Part shown: positions 58,198-64,000 of the stretch, in pieces
Position numbering within the stretch: position 1 is the first letter of the stretch
Layout: each line of letters starts with the position of its first letter
DNA from: an uncultured Methanosarcinales archaeon
GTDB lineage: Archaea > Nanobdellota > Nanobdellia > Woesearchaeales > CAZOXR01
Length of the DNA stretch: 64,000 nt
Direction of reading: 5' to 3'
NCBI GenBank assembly: GCA_964566535.1
Contig: CAZMIO010000002.1
Coordinates: forward strand, 136,905 to 200,904
Position numbers and translations under genes: made by a program
Notes under the pieces: model-generated
What the model was told of the DNA's origin: nothing
What the model saw: the letters and a program-made list of their open reading frames with translations, nothing else
Database searches by the model: none

Positions 58198-60699
58198 TTA
58201 CCTTAATCTTTGCAAAACCTCTCCTACTTTCCCCCTAATTCTCTCCCTATAATTCTTTGGTTTCGGATCAAAAACAGTTCTCCATGTCATAGAAGTATTG
58301 TCAATCTCAATTACTGGAAACCACTTAATTATTTTTTCAGGTGCTCCCCTGTTATACCAATGTTCCCCATTAAAATATTCTTTTCCAGAAAGATTCTGAC
58401 TGATTTCAATTAACCTTTGTATAACACTATCCTTGCATCCCCTTGTATAAAAAATTCCAGAAGCAGTCCATTTTTGTGGAAGAACCTCATTATATAAACT
58501 CCTATTAAATTTCATAACAGAAACAATTGGTTCCCTACGATCTACATGACCTGTCCTATAACTTCTTTTAGTTTCTTCATCAACTGCATCATATGTTTTT
58601 GCATCCTTAATATAACTTTCATATATATAACCGTAATCAAAAACAACACCAATAGACCCACCAATTTCAAATTCATCAGTCCATTCGACCATCTCACTCC
58701 ATACCATCTTTTCTATTTCAAGAAGTCGGTAATATCCATCACGTTTAATAATAGAACAACTTGGATTATAACTATCTGGATTTTCGATATTATAGATTAT
58801 ATTCCCAAACGGATCACTCTTTTTTTCCTTCCCTCCTGCAGCACCACCTGAAAATGCATTTGTAACATGGCAGCATAAGAAACCTAGAGAATTTAAACCC
58901 TGAAAAGTAACATACCTGGCATCACTCATCCGTTCCCTATATCTATCAATTGCATATTTCAATCCTTTTTTAAAATTAAGCCCCATCACAAGAATATCAA
59001 TATTTACCTTCTTAAGAAAACGATAATTTGACATATAAACATTCCAAGTCTCTTCAAAATCACCAAGATTTCTAATTGACACACTAAATTTTGGAATAAA
59101 ATAATCTAATAAAGGAATAATCTCTCTATAAAATATGGACTCTATAAAATTAATTATCTGATCAAATACAGAAATAACTCTGTCAAAATTCTCCTCAGTA
59201 ATAGTATGTTTTATTAAATATAAACACCTAAAAATTAAACCGGAGATATAAGGTCTATCATTATTATACCTACTTGATTTTTTTGCAATATCTTTAAGTC
59301 CATTAAATATATTAATAAAATTATCCTTGTTGATAATATGCTGAACAGAAGAAAGGCCATACAACAAGACCTCTTTTGAGCATTTTGGTGCACTATCTTT
59401 AATAGACTTCAGTTCACGAAAAATAAAATTAAAATTCCCCCTTGTTATGATGTGCCTGACAAAAGGCAATGCTTTTGATATTGTTGGGTCATGATTTCCA
59501 TCTGGTGAAAAAAGGTCACCACTTTTCTCTCCTTCTAATAACTTTTCGAAAACTTCCTGCCAATTCTCCGAGGTGATAATATCTTTTACAGAGGGGATCC
59601 CTCTTGAAAATAACCATTTACTTTCTTCTTTTCTAAAAGCAAGGTTCCTAAGTCCAATCTCAATCTCACCCCAATTATCAGGCCGGATAATGTGTTTTAT
59701 TGCAGGAAGGGTAAATATAAATAGCAGATCTGAATATGGACCTGAGACCTCTACCAACCTAACTAATCCTTCCCACGTATCCCTATTGATAATCTCCTTA
59801 ACTTTGGGTAGACCATGTGCAAGAAGTGCAAAAGAACTATTTTTTGATGCATTTATCATCCTCATAATGCCGGACCATGTCCCAACTGAGATCAAATCAG
59901 AAATATTAGGAAATCCCTGGATTAGAAGAGGTCGATAATTAGTCGGAGCAATCCTAACAATCTTCTTAAAATCATCTAAAACGCTCTTAAAACCAAATTC
60001 AGAGATAATATCTCTAACAACAGGTATTCCATAAGCAAGAACATAATATAGTTGATAACTTCCAACCTCAAACTTAAATTGTATAATCTCTTCCCAATTC
60101 TCCTCATTAATTAGGTCAGCAACAGCAGGAAATCCCTTATGAAACAGTTCATTATATTCATCAAAACCAGCTCGAAACACCATTGTATCATTCCAGTGTT
60201 TTACTAAGAACAATCCCAATTCAAAATGTTTCCTTACTGGAAATCCCCATTTCTTAAGCTTCCTAAACTTCCCCCTATATCTTAAATACAATGCCCTCTT
60301 AGAAAGGCCCATCTTCCCTTCTTTTAAATCCCTTTTTTCATCATCTATTTCTTCAAAGACCTCTTCAATATCTGAACAAGCCCGTTTTAACCACCTTTCT
60401 CTAATCTTTCTTTTTGATATGTACCCTGGTGCTTCAGCTTTTTTTAGAGATTTCAGGAAATGTCTAAGGTAGGTGTTCCCTCTTCTATCAGAATGTAAAC
60501 TTCTAATTAGATATGCAACTTTGCTGACTTCACCATCTAATTTTCCTAATTCCCTTCTAAACTTCTTAATATCAATAAAATGTGTGTGTCTCCTAAAATC
60601 CTCCATAATATCTGTCCAGTATCGATGGATATTAGTTTCCTCATCAGATAATACTTCAATAGTCCCTTCTCGGTTCATATCAGACTTATTAGAAAACAC
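58198..60699 (-). CDS. Hypothetical protein with about 9 alpha-helical repeats and a globular C-terminal domain
   Basis: 833-aa ORF with repeats of L..GhP.h..hI...NW/F. The C-terminal domain contains CHVTN...SCSII...YNEV. Confidence 0.75.
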   Translation of the reverse strand: MFSNKSDMNREGTIEVLSDEETNIHRYWTDIMEDFRRHTHFIDIKKFRRELGKLDGEVSKVAYLIRSLHSDRRGNTYLRHFLKSLKKAEAPGYISKRKIRERWLKRACSDIEEVFEEIDDEKRDLKEGKMGLSKRALYLRYRGKFRKLKKWGFPVRKHFELGLFLVKHWNDTMVFRAGFDEYNELFHKGFPAVADLINEENWEEIIQFKFEVGSYQLYYVLAYGIPVVRDIISEFGFKSVLDDFKKIVRIAPTNYRPLLIQGFPNISDLISVGTWSGIMRMINASKNSSFALLAHGLPKVKEIINRDTWEGLVRLVEVSGPYSDLLFIFTLPAIKHIIRPDNWGEIEIGLRNLAFRKEESKWLFSRGIPSVKDIITSENWQEVFEKLLEGEKSGDLFSPDGNHDPTISKALPFVRHIITRGNFNFIFRELKSIKDSAPKCSKEVLLYGLSSVQHIINKDNFINIFNGLKDIAKKSSRYNNDRPYISGLIFRCLYLIKHTITEENFDRVISVFDQIINFIESIFYREIIPLLDYFIPKFSVSIRNLGDFEETWNVYMSNYRFLKKVNIDILVMGLNFKKGLKYAIDRYRERMSDARYVTFQGLNSLGFLCCHVTNAFSGGAAGGKEKKSDPFGNIIYNIENPDSYNPSCSIIKRDGYYRLLEIEKMVWSEMVEWTDEFEIGGSIGVVFDYGYIYESYIKDAKTYDAVDEETKRSYRTGHVDRREPIVSVMKFNRSLYNEVLPQKWTASGIFYTRGCKDSVIQRLIEISQNLSGKEYFNGEHWYNRGAPEKIIKWFPVIEIDNTSMTWRTVFDPKPKNYRERIRGKVGEVLQRLR

Positions 60700-60783
60700 T
60701 TATATAAAATTACCTATAACTAGAATATACAATTAAATTTAAATACCCATCCAAATCCTAATACCTTACAGAGGACAAATAAA

Positions 60784-62421
60784 ATGCATTCAGACATAAT
60801 AAAGAAAGATATAGCAACCCTACCTCATAGAGCGCTACTATTATCAGCAGGCGTAAAGCCAGAAGACCTAGAATCTAACAAACCATTCATTGGAGTTGCA
60901 AATTCCTACAACAATATCATCCCAGGACACATTCACTTAGACAAACTAACAGACGAAGTAATGAAAGGGATAAGAGACGCAGGAGGAATTCCATTTGTCT
61001 GGGGAGTTCCAGGCGTTTGCGATGGAATTGCAATGCATGTAGAGATGCGCCTCTCATTACCATCAAGAGAACACATAGCAGACAACATAGAAATCATGAC
61101 CTTATCACATTCAATGGACGGCTGGGTTGGAGTAACTAACTGCGACAAAATAACTCCAGGAATGCTTATGGCAGCTGGAAGAATAAACCTCCCTGCTATC
61201 ATGATTACAGGCGGACCAATGAAAGCCAATGTAAAAGATGGAGTAAAGCACCATCCAATCGAAGGTTTTGGCGTAGTTGGAGAAGTAAAAGGCGGAAAGC
61301 TCTCAGAAAAAGAAGCAAACGCCCTCCTACCATGCATGACTTGCGGAGCAGGCTCTTGTGTTGGATTATTCACTGCAAACACAATGGCAACCGTAACAGA
61401 AGTTTTAGGCATGTCCTTAACCAAATGTTCAACAACTCTAGCAGACGACCCAGAAAAAAAGAAACAAGCTTACGAATCAGGAAAAAGAATTGTAGAGTTA
61501 GTAAAAAAAGACCTAAAACCAAAAGACATCATGACAGCAGACGCTTTTGAAAACGCAATAATGGTAGACATGGCAATGGGAGGCTCAACTAACACTGTTC
61601 TACACATCCCAGCTGTTGCAAAAGAAGCAGGAGTCGACATATCAGTAGATCACTTTGACGAAATCTCAAGAAAAACACCAAACTTATGCAAGATAATCCC
61701 TGCAGGAGACCATGAGATGGCAGACATCCATAACGCAGGTGGAGTACCAGCAGTCCTAAACAGATTAAAAGACTCCCTAAAAGACTCAAAAACAGTAAAT
61801 AATAAATCAATAATCCAAATCGCAAAAGAAGGTAAAGTAAAAGACGATGATGTAATCAGAACCCTAGACAATGCCTACATGAAACAAGGGGGAATTGCAG
61901 TTCTAAAAGGAAACATAGCACATTCATCAATAATTAAACAAACAGCAGTAGAGCCAGACATGATGACTCACCAAGGACCTGCAAAAGTATTCCTTACAGA
62001 AGACGATTTACTAGATGCAATTGAAAAAAAGCAAATAGAAGAAGGAGACGTTATCGTCCTACCATACCAGGGACCAACAGGAGCTCCTGGAATGCCGGAA
62101 ATGTTAACTCCAACTGACACAATCAAAGGAGCAGGCTACAAACAAGTAGCATTAATCACCGACGGAAGGTTCAGCGGAGGAACATCAGGACCTTGTATTG
62201 GCCATGTTGAAATGGAAGCATACAATGGCGGACCAATAGCAGCAATTAGAGACGGAGACATAATCCAAATTGACATTCCAAACAGAACGCTAAATGTAAA
62301 ATTAAGCAATCAAGAAATAAAAGAAAGAATAAAAAAAGCAACCCCTCCAAAAAGGACGCTAACACCTTTACTAGAGTCATACAGAAAAAAGTTCGAAGGA
62401 ATTAATTGCTACGGTAAATAG
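60784..62421 (+). CDS. ilvD: Dihydroxy-acid dehydratase
   Basis: [63 protein letters not shown]. Confidence 0.96.
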   Translation: MHSDIIKKDIATLPHRALLLSAGVKPEDLESNKPFIGVANSYNNIIPGHIHLDKLTDEVMKGIRDAGGIPFVWGVPGVCDGIAMHVEMRLSLPSREHIADNIEIMTLSHSMDGWVGVTNCDKITPGMLMAAGRINLPAIMITGGPMKANVKDGVKHHPIEGFGVVGEVKGGKLSEKEANALLPCMTCGAGSCVGLFTANTMATVTEVLGMSLTKCSTTLADDPEKKKQAYESGKRIVELVKKDLKPKDIMTADAFENAIMVDMAMGGSTNTVLHIPAVAKEAGVDISVDHFDEISRKTPNLCKIIPAGDHEMADIHNAGGVPAVLNRLKDSLKDSKTVNNKSIIQIAKEGKVKDDDVIRTLDNAYMKQGGIAVLKGNIAHSSIIKQTAVEPDMMTHQGPAKVFLTEDDLLDAIEKKQIEEGDVIVLPYQGPTGAPGMPEMLTPTDTIKGAGYKQVALITDGRFSGGTSGPCIGHVEMEAYNGGPIAAIRDGDIIQIDIPNRTLNVKLSNQEIKERIKKATPPKRTLTPLLESYRKKFEGINCYGK

Positions 62422-62433
62422 TACCTAAACAAA

Positions 62434-63312
62434 ATGGTCAACGTTCTAAACACAGTACTACCAGCATTTATAGTAATTCTCATAAGTTACATCTTTGGAA
62501 AAATAAAAAAAGTCGACATGTCAGCAGTTGTAGACATCTCAATTTACATAGCCCTACCAGCCTTAGCCTTCACTTCTATGCTTGAAAAACAAATAATCCT
62601 AAAAGATGCATTAAACATTTGGGCTTCTGCATTAATCATAATGTTCGGCTGTGGAATAGTAGCTTGGATAGTATTCAAAATTCTAAATCGAAAACATTCT
62701 GGATTATACATCCCAATCTCAATTATGAACACAGTAAACATTCCATTCCCAATAATCTTCTTAGCTTTCGGAGCAGAAGGCCTTTTTGCAGCTACATTAT
62801 TCTTCATACCAAATGCATTACTAATCTATTCCTTAGGAGTCTCCATAGCCTCAAAAAAACCCTGGAAAGAAAGCATAAAAGAAGTCCTCAAAATTCCATT
62901 AATATATGCAGCAATTCTGGGGTTAACTGTAAACCTTCTGAGAATAAATATCCCTAGCTTACTCCTAGAACCATTAAACTTCATTGGAATGATGGGAATT
63001 CCATTAATCTTAATCATTCTAGGTTACAATCTATCAAGCGTAAAAATAACCTCCTTCCCAACAACACTCTTAGCCTCATTCCTAAGAATGGGAATCGGCC
63101 TACTTTTAGGATTAGTCTCAGTAAAATTATTCAACCTAACTGGAATCATAAGATCGGTCGTAATCCTAAACTCCGCAATGCCGGCAGCAGTCTTCTCTTC
63201 AATATTAGCAACAAAATACAACAACGAACCAGATGTAGTCTCAAGCGTAGTATTCCTAACAACATTAATCAGCTTGATAACAATACCTCTCTTGTTATAC
63301 TTCTTCCCATAG
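62434..63312 (+). CDS. AEC (auxin efflux carrier/malate permease) family transporter
   Basis: About 10 TM helices, IALPALAF, N...IPFPI, P.IYA, AMPAAV, VFLTTL.S...P. Confidence 0.9.
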   Translation: MVNVLNTVLPAFIVILISYIFGKIKKVDMSAVVDISIYIALPALAFTSMLEKQIILKDALNIWASALIIMFGCGIVAWIVFKILNRKHSGLYIPISIMNTVNIPFPIIFLAFGAEGLFAATLFFIPNALLIYSLGVSIASKKPWKESIKEVLKIPLIYAAILGLTVNLLRINIPSLLLEPLNFIGMMGIPLILIILGYNLSSVKITSFPTTLLASFLRMGIGLLLGLVSVKLFNLTGIIRSVVILNSAMPAAVFSSILATKYNNEPDVVSSVVFLTTLISLITIPLLLYFFP

Positions 63313-63331
63313 ATAAAAAAGAAAAAACTAC

Positions 63332-64000
63332 CTAATCATTCTCAACTCTAGGAGCCAATATAAAACTCAAAGAAACCTTATCAACAGTTTTATACTCTAA
63401 CTTCAAAGGATAATCCTTATTAAACTGTATCAAAACATCATCAGCAACCTTAGAAGCAGTTATCATCTTCTTCAGATACTCAATGCTATACTTTGACTTA
63501 ATCTTCTCAGTACCCTCAACACCAATACTAATACCTTCTGATTCACTAATCTCAATGCTGGCATTACTTAAGTCACCTTCAGCATTAACAGTAAATTTCT
63601 TAGGCTCAGCATGTAAACTAACACTCTCTGCAACAATATCGGCATCCTCAACAGCATTTGTCAAAACCTGAGCAGGAGTCTTAATAGTTACTGGAAACTT
63701 AAGTTCAGGAACTGTCTGTTCCTTATCCTCAATCTCAATAATAGGTAAACTAAAAGTCCTAATTGTATGCCCTTTCAAAGTTACCTTCAATTTATTGTTA
63801 GCATCAAACTCCAAACTAATCATATCATTAGGAGTCACTCTCCGGAGTATCTGTTTAAAATTTGCCAAATTAATAGCAATCTCAGTCTCCTTATCCACAC
63901 TATACTCAGTAAAAGAAGAACTTAACAATTTAAAAACAACCATTGCAACATTTGCAGGATCCATTGCAACTAATTCAATTGCATCCTTAGTAACCTTAAA
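63332..64000 (-). CDS. pcn: DNA polymerase sliding clamp PCNA, 5' end outside window
   Basis: AMDPANVAMV, SKYSIEYLKKM, DYPLKLEY, SFILAPRVE. The frame stays open to the window edge. Confidence 0.96.
   Translation of the reverse strand, partial: FKVTKDAIELVAMDPANVAMVVFKLLSSSFTEYSVDKETEIAINLANFKQILRRVTPNDMISLEFDANNKLKVTLKGHTIRTFSLPIIEIEDKEQTVPELKFPVTIKTPAQVLTNAVEDADIVAESVSLHAEPKKFTVNAEGDLSNASIEISESEGISIGVEGTEKIKSKYSIEYLKKMITASKVADDVLIQFNKDYPLKLEYKTVDKVSLSFILAPRVEND

Overview
AT-rich, gene-dense archaeal chromosome segment. Archaeal markers are PCNA, Hef helicase-nuclease, AglB oligosaccharyltransferase, a PGF-pre-PGF surface protein, an intron-containing tRNA-Trp and TATA-box promoters with mostly leaderless starts. 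The gene content suggests a DPANN archaeon, probably Woesearchaeota-like (inference). The window holds PolX-PHP, MEMO1, several large surface or S-layer-type proteins, an N-glycosylation cluster, a 2574-aa Ig/cadherin-repeat adhesin with a coiled-coil/beta-strand-rich partner, a TPM-NTase-LemA(-HtpX) locus, and an almost complete branched-chain amino-acid pathway (leuA-ilvB-ilvH-leuC-leuD, leuB, ilvC, ilvD). The most notable unannotated signals are: (1) a 24-codon leader ORF ending in 12 consecutive Leu/Val/Ile codons directly upstream of the leu/ilv operon, suggesting attenuator-like control in an archaeon; (2) two copies of a modular palindromic element built from TCA-stem-loop-TGA units joined by GCATGC/CATG, some with 36-47 nt unique loops; (3) a 42-nt tRNA-Trp intron that appears to retain a C34 methylation guide; (4) orphan genes inserted antisense into conserved operons, including a permuted dikinase and a helical-repeat protein with an ART-like C-terminus. 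All calls come from reading motifs by eye; no database searches were run.
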